From assembly GCA_046350655.1 (NCBI GenBank), contig JAXMAB010000004.1, positions 25,343 to 89,342 on the forward strand: a stretch of DNA of 64,000 nt, given 5' to 3'. The translations under genes were made by a program, and so were the position numbers. The notes beneath the pieces were generated by a model. The model saw only the letters and a program-made list of their open reading frames with translations. It searched no databases and was not told where the DNA came from. This document shows, one piece after another, positions 48,566 through 58,432 of the stretch (positions within the stretch are counted from its first letter, which is position 1; each line of letters opens with the position of its first letter). This DNA is from Planctomycetota bacterium. Its GTDB lineage: Bacteria > Planctomycetota > PLA2 > JAEUHO01.

Positions 48566-51500
48566 CTACTTCGAGGGCGTCGGGGCGGGCGCCTCGTCGG
48601 AGCGGACGTCGGTCAGGGTGAGCGTGAGCGTGGTGCTCGTCGTGTCGTTGCGCGTGCGGTCGGAGGGCAGCGCGGGCATCGGGATCGACACCGAGCCGCC
48701 GGGCGCGAGCGACGCGCGGAACGGCCGCGAGACCTCGCGCATCACGGGCAGCTCGACGTTCATGGGGGTGCCCACCCCGAAGTCCCAGGGCCGCGTCCGC
48801 ACGGGCGTGTCGGGCGCCATCCGCAGGAACCGCCCCTCGACGACGTGCATGCCGCCGGCCTCCGGGCGCACGGTCGCCTCGACGACGAGCCCGTACGGGA
48901 GCGACTGCACGATCGGGTCCACGAGCCACGCGCCGGGCCGCCCCGACACCTCCGCGCCCGCGATGTACGGCACCTGGTGCACGATCGAGATCGTCGCGGT
49001 CTGCCCCTCGAACACGCGCACCGTCGGCGACTGGAGCTTCCGCTCCTGCCCGCCCTGCTGCGCGGTCCACACCGCCTCCAGCGTCGCGACCCGCGGCGCC
49101 GCGGGCGGCTTCGGCTCCGCCGTCACCCGCGTCCAGCCGCGCGCCACCGGCGCCGCCGCGCCCCGCGTCGCGCGCACGCGCACCGCGAGGTCGCTGTCGC
49201 CGAGCCGCTCCGTCGCCACCATGCCCTCCGCGGGCACGGGCCACGCCGTCTCGAGCTGCCGCTGCACCAGCGCGGGCAGCTCGACCCCGGCCCGCGGCCC
49301 GCGCGGCGCGACGCCCGGCGGCGGCGCCGCGTCCACGCCGAACGACGCCGCGACCGACAGGTGCACCTGCGGGTCGCTGCCCGCGCCGCCCTCGCCGACG
49401 CTGGCCACGAGCCCGATCCCGTCGGCCCACGTCCGCACGACGGGCGCGAGCGGCCGGCCCGCGGCCTTCGCCGCGCCGGCCTCCGGCGTCTCGAGGTACG
49501 CGTGCCGCACGTGCCGCCACGCCGCGACGCTGCGGTTGTGCGGCACCTCGAGCGTGTACGTCGCGATCGGCGCGCCCGCGCCCGCGCGCACCACCTCCAC
49601 GTCGAGCCGCACGACCGGCCCGCCCGTCGTCGCGAGGCGGTCGAGCGCGCGCTCCACCGCGTCGAACCGGCGGCTCGGCACGCACACGACCACCGTCGTC
49701 GGCGCACCGGCCGGCGTCCCGCCCGCGCGCGCGAGCGCGAAGCCGTCCTCGACCTCCGTCCGCAGCTCGTGCGCGATGCGCGCCGCGCGACGGCTCACCG
49801 CCGGCGCCGGCGTGGACCCGTCGGGCGCGAGCGACGTCGCCGGCGCGTCCTTGGCGAACGCCGGCGGCGGCGTCGCGTCGTCGCCGTGCGCCAGCGCGGC
49901 CGACAGGTCGTAGACCCGCAGCACGTCCGGCGCGAGCGTCGCGAGCTCCGCCGGCGTCAGCATCAGGAACCCCGCCTCCGACGCGTCGACGAGGCCGCGC
50001 ACCGCGGCGGCCTGCTCGCGCGCCGGCGCGCCGCGCACGGCGGCGAGCGCCGCGTCGTCCGGTCGGGTCGACACTCGGGGGCTCGGGGACGCAAGGCCCG
50101 CTCGCCGTTCGAGCTCGGCGACGACCGCCTTCGTGGACGGAGCCTCGTACGTCACGGTCACGAGCGGCGCGCCGCCGACGTCGCGCGCCGTCTCCGATGC
50201 GCCCGGCGCGAGCCGGAAGCGGAAGGGTCGACTCACCGCGCGCGCGACCGGCAGCTCGATTCGCTCCGACCGCGTCTCGGGCTTCGGCATCGTCCGCGGG
50301 CTCGGGTCGGTCGTCCTCCACGTCACGACGACGTCCACCACGCGGCTCCCGTCCGCGGCCGGCGCGTCGCATCGGGCGGTCACGTCGATCCGGTCGCCGT
50401 CCGGACGGTCCGCCAGCGTCAGCGTCGCCTCCTGGCCCGCGAGCGATGACATCGCTGCCCGCAGCGGCGCGCGGCCCGCGTTCGCCTCCACCGTGAACGT
50501 GAACGACGCCACGCGCGCGTCCACGATCCCCGCCGGCGGCGCGCCCGGCGCGACGCGGGCCCACCCGCGCGCCGCCGGCGTCGTCGCCGTCGGCGTGACC
50601 TCGACGATCGCGAACGTGTCCGCCGTGCCCAGCCGCAGCAGCAGCGTGCGGGCCCGGCCGTCGTCGGGGACGCCGACCGATCCCCGGACGAGCTCGAGCT
50701 TCGGGACCTCGATCGTGACGGCCTCCGTTCCCCGCCCGGCGAGCGACGTCGAGAAGGTCGGCAGCGGCGTCGGCGCGCGCAGGTGCTTCACGTCCACGCG
50801 CAGCGCGCGCCCGCCGTCCGTCGCGACGTCCACCACGGCCGTCGCGCCGACGCCTTCGCGGAGTACGCCGACGATCGGCTCCACGACGTTGTCGTTCCCG
50901 ACCTCGACGTCGTAGTCCTTCACGTACGAACGGTCGAACGCGCGCCACGCCGTCGCGCGCCGGCCCGCCGGCGTGGGCAGCGCGAAGTGCGCGATCCGGG
51001 CCGAGGCGCGATCGGCGGCCGACATGGACGCAAGGCCCGTGGCATCGCGCGACGCACCCGCGGCCAGCGCCCGCAGGCCGAGGCGGTCGGCCCACGCGGC
51101 CGACTCGAGCACGTCCACCGCCACCGCGTACCCGCGACCGCCCACGGTCGCGACGCGCTCGAGCGCGGCCTCGGCGCGCGTGAGGTCGTCGGGCCCGCCG
51201 AGCACGACGACGCAGGCGTGGGGGGCCAGCGGGTCGTGCGGGGCCGCGGTCGGCGTCCACACGTCGACGAACGTCGGCGCCGCGATGGTCGGCGGCTTCA
51301 CGCAGTCGGCGACCGCGCCGCCGATCCGCGTGGCGCGTCGCACGACCGCGGCGGCCGGCGTCGGCTCGACGACGGGCCACGTCGCTTCCGGCACGTCCGG
51401 GAACGTCCACCACGCGGGGAACGCGCCGTCGCCCCCCGACGCGAGCGCGCCCGCGAGGTCGTAGACCCGCAGCACGTCCGGCGCGAGCGACGCCAACGCG

Positions 51501-51793
51501 CCTGCGTCGAGCGAGAGGAGCGCATCGCGCGACGTCTTGTGCATCGCGAGCAGGGCGGTGCGCTGCTTCGTCGGGTCGGTCTCGGCGTGGACGGCGGCCA
51601 ACTCCTTGGCGAGGGCGGCGGCCGGGCCTTGCGTCGGCGGAACGAAGTCCGCGTCCCTCGCCGCTCCGGGCGCGGGGGCGGGCGCGACCGCCGGCGGGGG
51701 CGCGGGGGGCGTGTCGTCGGCGTGTGCTCGTGCGACCAGCGCACCCGCGGCGACCAGGACCGACAACCCGAGCGACGGACGGCGGATCGACAT
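48566..51793 (-). CDS. Large secreted protein (about 1075 aa) made of two homologous modules of about 480 aa.
   Basis: Signal MSIRRPSLGLSVLVAAGALVARAHA. Duplicated segments (ALASLAPDVLRVYDLAGALA / ELATLAPDVLRVYDLSAALA, and others). Confidence 0.55.
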   Translation of the reverse strand: MSIRRPSLGLSVLVAAGALVARAHADDTPPAPPPAVAPAPAPGAARDADFVPPTQGPAAALAKELAAVHAETDPTKQRTALLAMHKTSRDALLSLDAGALASLAPDVLRVYDLAGALASGGDGAFPAWWTFPDVPEATWPVVEPTPAAAVVRRATRIGGAVADCVKPPTIAAPTFVDVWTPTAAPHDPLAPHACVVVLGGPDDLTRAEAALERVATVGGRGYAVAVDVLESAAWADRLGLRALAAGASRDATGLASMSAADRASARIAHFALPTPAGRRATAWRAFDRSYVKDYDVEVGNDNVVEPIVGVLREGVGATAVVDVATDGGRALRVDVKHLRAPTPLPTFSTSLAGRGTEAVTIEVPKLELVRGSVGVPDDGRARTLLLRLGTADTFAIVEVTPTATTPAARGWARVAPGAPPAGIVDARVASFTFTVEANAGRAPLRAAMSSLAGQEATLTLADRPDGDRIDVTARCDAPAADGSRVVDVVVTWRTTDPSPRTMPKPETRSERIELPVARAVSRPFRFRLAPGASETARDVGGAPLVTVTYEAPSTKAVVAELERRAGLASPSPRVSTRPDDAALAAVRGAPAREQAAAVRGLVDASEAGFLMLTPAELATLAPDVLRVYDLSAALAHGDDATPPPAFAKDAPATSLAPDGSTPAPAVSRRAARIAHELRTEVEDGFALARAGGTPAGAPTTVVVCVPSRRFDAVERALDRLATTGGPVVRLDVEVVRAGAGAPIATYTLEVPHNRSVAAWRHVRHAYLETPEAGAAKAAGRPLAPVVRTWADGIGLVASVGEGGAGSDPQVHLSVAASFGVDAAPPPGVAPRGPRAGVELPALVQRQLETAWPVPAEGMVATERLGDSDLAVRVRATRGAAAPVARGWTRVTAEPKPPAAPRVATLEAVWTAQQGGQERKLQSPTVRVFEGQTATISIVHQVPYIAGAEVSGRPGAWLVDPIVQSLPYGLVVEATVRPEAGGMHVVEGRFLRMAPDTPVRTRPWDFGVGTPMNVELPVMREVSRPFRASLAPGGSVSIPMPALPSDRTRNDTTSTTLTLTLTDVRSDEAPAPTPSK

Positions 51794-52073
51794 GACTCCC
51801 TCCCAGGGCGGCGGGAGCATGGTGCGGTGCCGTCACCCCGGGGTCACTCCCCGGTCACCGATCTTCCGTGCCGGCGACCTGGCACCCGCGGGTCCGGCTG
51901 CCGGTTCGCCCCGTGGGCCCTCGCCCTCCGCTCCGACGCGGCAGTCCCGGGAGTGCGGGATCGCACGGTGCGGACCGATCCCTGGGGTGGGGGGCGTCAT
52001 GCGCCGTTGTCGCCCAGGGGGGCGGGCGGCTATCCTCGCCCCGCTCGATGGTCGGCGTCACGGAGGGTCACGG

Positions 52074-54482
52074 ATGACGGCTCGGATCGGACGGCGGTTC
52101 GCCACAGCCCCCGCGCTCGCCTTCGTCTCCTTGGCTGCGCTCGTCGCGAGCCTCGGTGTTCCCTCGGTTTTCGCCGACGACCCGCCGCCGCCGGCCGCGC
52201 CCGCGGTTCCCGCGCCGCCGCCGATCCCGCCCGCCCCGCCGGAGGCCGGCACCGCGACGTCGACGATGGTTCCCCCGCCCCCGAACGGGCCCACGGTCCC
52301 GCCCCCGACCCCCGCCCCGACCGACGCTCCGACGTCCGCGCCCGCGTTGCCGGCGCCGTCGGGCCCGAACGTCCCCGTCGCGACGACCGAGATCCGTCCC
52401 CGGCCGCCGGCCCCGCCGCCGCCCGAGATGGACATGCCGACGTGGGACCTCTTCTACAAGTCCCGTGGCGTGTGCCTGCCGCCGCCGCCCCCGCCGCCGG
52501 ACCCGTTCGAGTGCCGGCCCATCGACCTGCGGCCGGACCGGCTCGTGTCGGCGGACCAGCGCGTGAAGGAGGTGCGGCGCGTCCCGCAGTGGGTCGACGT
52601 CGTGCGCCGACAGGACGTGACGGAGTGGCGTCCGCTCGGGCTCGGCGACCTGATGCGGCGCTTCCCGAACGTGATGATCGGCGACGGCGGCAGCCCGTTC
52701 CAGGCGCTGCCGATCATCCGTGGCCTCGGCGGCGACCGCGTGCGGATCATGACGGACGGCGTCTGGCCGTCGACGCAGGCGCTCGGGCCGTTCGGCAGCA
52801 CGCTCGGCCTGTGGGACCCGGAGACGGCGGAGCGCGTCGAGGTCTATCACGGGCCCGGCGCGTACCTGCGCGGCGCGGAGGCCGGCGGCGGCGTCATCAA
52901 CGTCGTGCCGCGGCGCCCGCACCGGCACGAGTGCCTGTCGGACGCGTGGCTCGAGGAGTCGACGGCGTACCGCTCGGCCGACAACGCGTTCCGCCAGCGC
53001 GTGGGCGCCGACTTCGGGCAGGGGCGCGTCGCGGGCCTCGTCGGGGCGACGTACGAGAACCACGACGACCGCGAGACGGCCGACGGCACGCTCGACCCGT
53101 CGTCGTACGAGTGGCTCGGCGTGGACGCGGCCGTCGACTACTTCCTCGACAACCAGTCCACGCTCGGCTTCACGGGCCAGTACGTGAAGGCCAAGGACAT
53201 CAAGAGCCCGATCGGCGGCGGCGACCTGCTCACGCAGCCCGAGTACGAGCGCCTGTTCCTCGGCATGACGCTGTCGTCGCTCGACATGGGCACGTACTTC
53301 CACGGCGCGCGCGCGACGGTCACGTTCGACTCGTTCGTGCAGCAGGACGACGCGCAGACGAACCTCTCGCTGACCGACGGCATCTCGGCGAAGGACGACG
53401 TCAAGCGCTTCGACTTCCACCTCGCGGGCAACCTCTACCTCTGGGACTGCCACGACACGTGGGCCGAGGTGTCGGTCGGGTACGCGCACCTCGAGCGCAC
53501 CGAGGCCATCCTCTGCCTCAACCTCGTCGACACGGACCACGTCGAGGCGGTGAAGAACCTCGGCATCTTCACGAACGCGGTCCCCGGCACCTGCGTGGAC
53601 GGCGTCGCGACGCTGCAGGCCGAGGAGATCCGCGTGAAGGCCCTCATCGAGGACGAGTGGCACTCGGCCTGCTGGGACTTCCACGCGGGCGCGCGCATCG
53701 ACGTGCAGTACCTCGACGACGACCGCACGGGCGAGGACACGCTCGAGGTCATCGGCGGCGTCGCGGGCGGCGTCGCGCGGCACCTCTCGACCTGCTGGAC
53801 CGTGTACGGCAACGGCTCGTTCGGCCAGCGCTTCCCGAGCATCCACGAGCTCTACAGCGTCTCGATCCTCGACGGCGTGACGGTCTTCGGCAACCCGGAC
53901 CTCGACCCCGAGACCGCGTGGAACGTCGAGGTCGGCTTCAAGTACGGCAGCGACAACCACTCGACGGCCCAGCTCGCCGGCTTCGTCCACGGCATCGACG
54001 ACTTCATCGGGCGGCGCGCCGTGGGCGCCGACGAGCTCTGGGACTCGCTCGGCGACGTCCTGCTGGCGGGCGTCGAGGCGACGGGCTCGTGGCGGCCGAA
54101 CGGGTGCTGCTGCGAGGGCCTCGAGTTCTTCGGCATGCTCGGCAGCACCTGGAGCGACGACGAGGACATCGTCGCGAGCGTGCCGTTCCACGGCCGCGTG
54201 GGCGCGCGGCTCTCGACCAACTACGGCCCGGGCTGCGGCCTGCGGCGCTGGTTCGTCGAGGCGTCGGCCCGCGGCGCCGCCGAGAGCGGCTTCCGCGCGG
54301 ACGACGACGCGTTCGTCACGTCCGAGCTGCTCGCCGGCGCGAGCTTCGGCTTCGGCGGTCGCCGCGTCGGCACGCTGACGATCGGCGGCGTGAACCTGTT
54401 CGACGAGGCCTACACCGAGCCCTTCGCGCGCCTGCCCGCCCACGGCCGCAGCCTGATCGCGTCGCTCTCCTTCGACTTCTGA
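52074..54482 (+). CDS. TonB-dependent outer-membrane receptor with a Pro-rich N-terminal extension.
   Basis: ATG at 52074. Signal sequence. Plug motifs (RFPNVMIGDGGSPFQALPIIRGLGGDRVRIMTDG). C-terminal ...SLSFDF with terminal Phe. Confidence 0.7.
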   Translation: MTARIGRRFATAPALAFVSLAALVASLGVPSVFADDPPPPAAPAVPAPPPIPPAPPEAGTATSTMVPPPPNGPTVPPPTPAPTDAPTSAPALPAPSGPNVPVATTEIRPRPPAPPPPEMDMPTWDLFYKSRGVCLPPPPPPPDPFECRPIDLRPDRLVSADQRVKEVRRVPQWVDVVRRQDVTEWRPLGLGDLMRRFPNVMIGDGGSPFQALPIIRGLGGDRVRIMTDGVWPSTQALGPFGSTLGLWDPETAERVEVYHGPGAYLRGAEAGGGVINVVPRRPHRHECLSDAWLEESTAYRSADNAFRQRVGADFGQGRVAGLVGATYENHDDRETADGTLDPSSYEWLGVDAAVDYFLDNQSTLGFTGQYVKAKDIKSPIGGGDLLTQPEYERLFLGMTLSSLDMGTYFHGARATVTFDSFVQQDDAQTNLSLTDGISAKDDVKRFDFHLAGNLYLWDCHDTWAEVSVGYAHLERTEAILCLNLVDTDHVEAVKNLGIFTNAVPGTCVDGVATLQAEEIRVKALIEDEWHSACWDFHAGARIDVQYLDDDRTGEDTLEVIGGVAGGVARHLSTCWTVYGNGSFGQRFPSIHELYSVSILDGVTVFGNPDLDPETAWNVEVGFKYGSDNHSTAQLAGFVHGIDDFIGRRAVGADELWDSLGDVLLAGVEATGSWRPNGCCCEGLEFFGMLGSTWSDDEDIVASVPFHGRVGARLSTNYGPGCGLRRWFVEASARGAAESGFRADDDAFVTSELLAGASFGFGGRRVGTLTIGGVNLFDEAYTEPFARLPAHGRSLIASLSFDF

Positions 54483-54544
54483 CGCGCGATCCCCTCTCCG
54501 GTACGCGAGGCCCGGCGGCCGGCGGGCCTCGCGTCCCGTGGATC

Positions 54545-54640
54545 GCCGATCCGCCAATATGTGCCGGTCGATTACTGGCGGATTCTCCCCCGGTCGAATC
54601 CGCCAATCCGTGCCGGTCGAATATTGGCGGGTCGAATGTC
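54545..54640. repeat. Second cluster of the 31-bp CCGCCAAT..ATTGGCGG palindromic element: 2 full copies plus partial arms.
   Basis: ccgccaatatgtgccggtcgattactggcgg and ccgccaatccgtgccggtcgaatattggcgg, between the TonB receptor stop and the next gene. Confidence 0.6.
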
Positions 54641-54727
54641 GGCGGATGCGCGTCGTCGTGGCGTGATCCGCGGAGCGGCGGGGGACCGCGCGTCCCGGCG
54701 CCGCGGCCGGGGCTATGCTCGGAGACG

Positions 54728-55903
54728 ATGTCTTCCCCGGCGCTCGGTGGTGATCTCGTCCTCGCGGCGCGGCCCGTGACGCCGGAGGCGTTCGCGCCGT
54801 ACGGGCGGATGGTCGCGGCCGGCGACCGGGTGAAGCTGGGGAACAAGGCCGCCTCGGTGCTGGTCGCGCTCGACCCCCGCGAGGTCGGCCCGCGCCGCGT
54901 GCTGACGCTCCAGCGGTTCGTCGGCGCCAAGCGGCTCCTCGTGCCGCTCGCGGCCGACGGGTTCCTGCTCGTCGTCGCGGGCGCGGGCGACCCGCCCGCC
55001 GGCCCGGCCGCGGCCTACCTCGTGCGCGGCGGGACGGGGGTCGTCCTCGACGCGGGCGTGTGGCACGCCGGGCCGTACCCGCTCACCGACGGGACCGTCC
55101 TCGAGGCCGTCGAGGTGACCGGCCCCGCCGACCACGTGGACCGGTGCAGCGTGCTCGACGCGTTCGGGGCCGAGGGCCTCCGGCTCATGACGTCCGACGA
55201 GGAGGGCGCGCCCGGCACCGGCCTCGACCTGGCCGACGACCTAGCGATCACGCTGGCGGAAGGGCTCCGCGGCCGGCTGGCGCTCGGATGCCTCGCGTTC
55301 GACGGGCTCACCGTCGGCGACGCCGACGACGCGTTGCGCGAGGAGGGCGACCGCCTCGAGGCCGCGCTGCGCGCGCAGTGGGGCGGCGAGACCTCGCCGT
55401 CGGAGATCCCCGCGCTGAAGCCGGTGCGCGACCTGTACCGGGCGCTCGGGCTCGACCCGACGAAGACGCGCCCCGCGAGCGAGGCCCTGCTGCGCCGCGT
55501 GCTGCAGGGCCGCCCGCTCTACCGCGTGAACAGCCTCGTGGACGCCATGAACCTCTGCTCGCTGACGACGCTCGTCCCGTTCGGCGTGTACGACCGGGCC
55601 CGCATCGTCGCGCCGGTGATGCTGCGGTTCGGGTCGGTCGGCGAGGGCTACGAGGGCATCGGCCGCGGGCGCGTCGGCGTCGAGGGCAAACCCGTCCTCG
55701 TCGACCGCGACGGCCCGTTCGGCAACCCCACCGCCGACTCGCTCCGCACCAGCGTCGGCCACGGCACCACCAAGGCCCTCGTCGTCCTCTACCTGCCGCC
55801 CACCGTGGACGCCGCCCACGTGGACCGCTTCCTCGGCGCCGCCTCGGCCGCGGTGGTCCGCGCGTGCGGCGGGGCCGAGACCGGCCGCCGGGTCGTGCGA
55901 TGA
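54728..55903 (+). CDS. Fusion protein: ureidoglycolate-lyase-like cupin N-domain joined to a B3/4 (tRNA-binding-like) C-domain.
   Basis: ATG at 54728. The N-terminus resembles AllA-type proteins (PVTPEAFAPYG). The C-terminus resembles B3/4-domain proteins (NSLVDAMNLCSLTTLVPFGVYD). Confidence 0.55.
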   Translation: MSSPALGGDLVLAARPVTPEAFAPYGRMVAAGDRVKLGNKAASVLVALDPREVGPRRVLTLQRFVGAKRLLVPLAADGFLLVVAGAGDPPAGPAAAYLVRGGTGVVLDAGVWHAGPYPLTDGTVLEAVEVTGPADHVDRCSVLDAFGAEGLRLMTSDEEGAPGTGLDLADDLAITLAEGLRGRLALGCLAFDGLTVGDADDALREEGDRLEAALRAQWGGETSPSEIPALKPVRDLYRALGLDPTKTRPASEALLRRVLQGRPLYRVNSLVDAMNLCSLTTLVPFGVYDRARIVAPVMLRFGSVGEGYEGIGRGRVGVEGKPVLVDRDGPFGNPTADSLRTSVGHGTTKALVVLYLPPTVDAAHVDRFLGAASAAVVRACGGAETGRRVVR

Positions 55904-56364
55904 CCTTCAAGCCGCGCAGGATCCCGACGGTCTCCCTCGAGGCCCCGCTCGAGCGGCGGTGGGAGGTGATGGGCGAGGAAGAGGCCGCCCGCCTCCACGC
56001 CCGACGGCAGGAGGAGGCCGTCCGCTTCTCCTGGCGCGCCCCGCGCATCAAGAAGCGCGCGTTCCGCTGCTTCGTGCTCACGCCGATCGGCTTCATGGTG
56101 CTCGGCTGGTGCTTCGTGGGCGGGAACCTCCGCACGGCCGCCGTCTTCTTCGGCGTCGGGTTCCCCCTGGGCGGGCTGACCTTCTTCCTCCGCCCGACCG
56201 ACTACCTCTCCGGGCTCCTGTACGCGATCTGCGGCGTCGCCGCGACCGCGATCGCCTCGCGCGCGCACCCGATCACGCTGCTGATGGTCGCGATGCTCTG
56301 CGGCAGCATCGGCATCGCGATGGGCCGGGCGGAGCTCGACCGCCGCATGGACCTCGAGGACTGA
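55900..56364 (+). CDS. Membrane protein (3-4 TM). ATGA overlap with the upstream gene.
   Basis: ATG at 55900 overlapping the stop at 55901-55903. Hydrophobic segments. Confidence 0.5.
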   Translation: MTFKPRRIPTVSLEAPLERRWEVMGEEEAARLHARRQEEAVRFSWRAPRIKKRAFRCFVLTPIGFMVLGWCFVGGNLRTAAVFFGVGFPLGGLTFFLRPTDYLSGLLYAICGVAATAIASRAHPITLLMVAMLCGSIGIAMGRAELDRRMDLED

Positions 56365-56399
56365 CCCCCCGCGGGGGACGGCAAGCCCGGTCCATTCAC

Positions 56400-57950
56400 G
56401 AGGGATGAGCGGCGCCGGGGGCTGAACGATTTTCGGTGGCCGGTTGGGGGCGATGGATGCGACCCGGGCGCGGCGCGGAGGCGACGACCGCGTGTTCCTG
56501 CACCACATGGGATGAGAGGCAGGTCCCCCTGACGGGGTAGCCCATCAGGGCCCCCCAGGTGCCAACGGCGAGCTCGCGGGGCGGCTCAACTACGGAGGAC
56601 CTGCCATGGACGACACTAGCACCGTGGCGGTGGAGGTGACATTGGGCGTGGACCTGGGTGACCGGGTGTCCTACGCCTGCGCCCTCGACCAGCGGACCGG
56701 CCACGTACTGGAGCGATTCCGGGTCGCCTCGACGCGCGAGGCGTTCCTGGGGGTCTTCGTCCCTCGGTGTCCGACCCGGCTGGTGGTGGAGGCCGGGACC
56801 CACTCGGGCTGGGCCAGTCGCCTCCTTCGCGCCGCGGGATACGACGTGATCGTGGCCAACCCTCGACGGGTGCGCCTGATCGGGTCGAGTCGGCGCAAGA
56901 GCGACCGGATGGACGCGGAGTTGCTGGCGCGCCTGGGGCGGGCCGACCCGAAGTTGCTCTTCCCGATCCGGCACCGCGACGCGCAGCACCACGAGCACTT
57001 GGCGGTGTTGCGTTCTCGCAGGCTCCTCGTCGAGAAGCGATCCGCCCTGATCTGCCACGTTCGCGGCACCCTGAAGGCGATGGGTGAGCGCGCGCCGACG
57101 ACCTCCACGGAAGCGTTCCCGCGTCGGGTTCGTGAGGCGGTCTGCGAGGAGAGCGTGCGCATGCTCGAGCCTATCCTCCAAACGCTGGACGGGCTGACCG
57201 AGACGATCCGCAGCTACGACGACACGATCGAACGTCTGGGTGCGGAGACCTACCCCGTGACCCGCCGGCTCCAACTCATCGAGGGCGTCGGACCGCTCAC
57301 GGCCTTGGCCTTCGTACTGGTCGTGGAGGACCCGTTCCGATTCGCGCACGCCCGGTCCGTGGGAGCCTTCGTCGGGCTCTGCCCGGGCCTAAGCCAGTCG
57401 GGCGACATCAACCCACAACTCCCCATCACCAAGACCGGGGACCAGATGCTGCGCTGCCTGCTCGTCGGAGCCGCGCAGTACATCCTCGGGCCGTTCGCGA
57501 CGGACAGCACCTTGCGCCGCTATGGACAGCGCCTGATGGTCGTGGGCGGCCGGGCGGCCAAGAAGCGCGCCGTGGTGGCGGTGGCGCGCAAGCTCGCCGT
57601 GCTGCTGCTCCACCTCTGGCGTCACCCGGACGAGACCTACGACGCGTTGTACGACGCCCCACCGCTTCCGGCGCTGGGGACCCTGGACCCGAACTCGACC
57701 ACGGAGGACCCTGCATGAGCCATGGCTCGGGCTGCCGCCGGCGGCGCGCCCGCCCCTGACCGGGACGGCCCCCTCCCCGCGCCCGACATGCCGATCCCGG
57801 GCGACTGCGTCCTTGGCGTTGAGCGTCCTTCGAGGCTCAGACCTTGCCGGACAGCTCGTGTACCACCTTCGCAGCGCCCCCCTTCATGCGGAACCCAGCA
57901 TGCACCACCCCGGTGACCCGGGACGAGTGCGGATAGAACCAAGGCGGAAG
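56400..57950 (+). mobile_element. Solitary IS110-family insertion sequence. Boundaries are approximate; this family typically lacks terminal inverted repeats.
   Basis: Transposase CDS flanked by non-coding sequence with an imperfect hairpin at about 56520-56555. Confidence 0.45.
56606..57718 (+). CDS. IS110-family transposase (DEDD).
   Basis: N-terminal DEDD region (GVDLGDRVSYACA). C-terminal LIEGVGPLTALAFVLVVEDPFRFAHARSVGAFVGLCPGLSQSG motif. Confidence 0.7.
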   Translation: MDDTSTVAVEVTLGVDLGDRVSYACALDQRTGHVLERFRVASTREAFLGVFVPRCPTRLVVEAGTHSGWASRLLRAAGYDVIVANPRRVRLIGSSRRKSDRMDAELLARLGRADPKLLFPIRHRDAQHHEHLAVLRSRRLLVEKRSALICHVRGTLKAMGERAPTTSTEAFPRRVREAVCEESVRMLEPILQTLDGLTETIRSYDDTIERLGAETYPVTRRLQLIEGVGPLTALAFVLVVEDPFRFAHARSVGAFVGLCPGLSQSGDINPQLPITKTGDQMLRCLLVGAAQYILGPFATDSTLRRYGQRLMVVGGRAAKKRAVVAVARKLAVLLLHLWRHPDETYDALYDAPPLPALGTLDPNSTTEDPA

Positions 57951-58432
57951 GGTCAGGGCGGCGGGGCTGGAACCGGAAGGCAAGGCGCTACCGCCACGGC
58001 GTCCGCGCAGAAATTCTCTTGCTGCCTCTCATAGAACGCCGAGGAGCCTCCGCGCCGTGGCCCACGCGTTCGTTCCCGCCGGCGGCGCTGCGATACGCCC
58101 GGGTCGCAGCCGCGGCCCCAACCTCGTCCCCTCGTGCATGGGCCGGGCTCGGCCCGGTGGCCGTCGCGCCCCCCGGAAATCGGGGACACCTAACGAGTCG
58201 TTCGGTACCGAAGTAAGGCAATTGTTTGGTAGTTGTTCGGTTTCGGGTCGGGCGCCGTCCCCGGTCGCGGTGCGGCGTCGGCGCGGGCCCAACGGTCCCG
58301 GCGCGGGCCGCGGATCCGTCCGGGCCCGGTACACTTCGCCCCTTTCCGGGCCTGCCGTGGGGGGCCTGGACGCCTCATCCCGGGCGCGTCGCGCCTGGGA
58401 CCCACCGGACCCCGCGGACGAGGACCTCGAAG

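Noticed and set aside
48537-55903. ORFs 48537..51836 (minus strand) and 50783..55903 (plus strand, 1706 aa).
   Set aside because: Mostly R/G/D-rich shadow translation. Only the terminal ~391 aa of the plus-strand ORF (54728..55903) is protein-like. The true minus-strand gene is the adjacent frame, 48566..51793.
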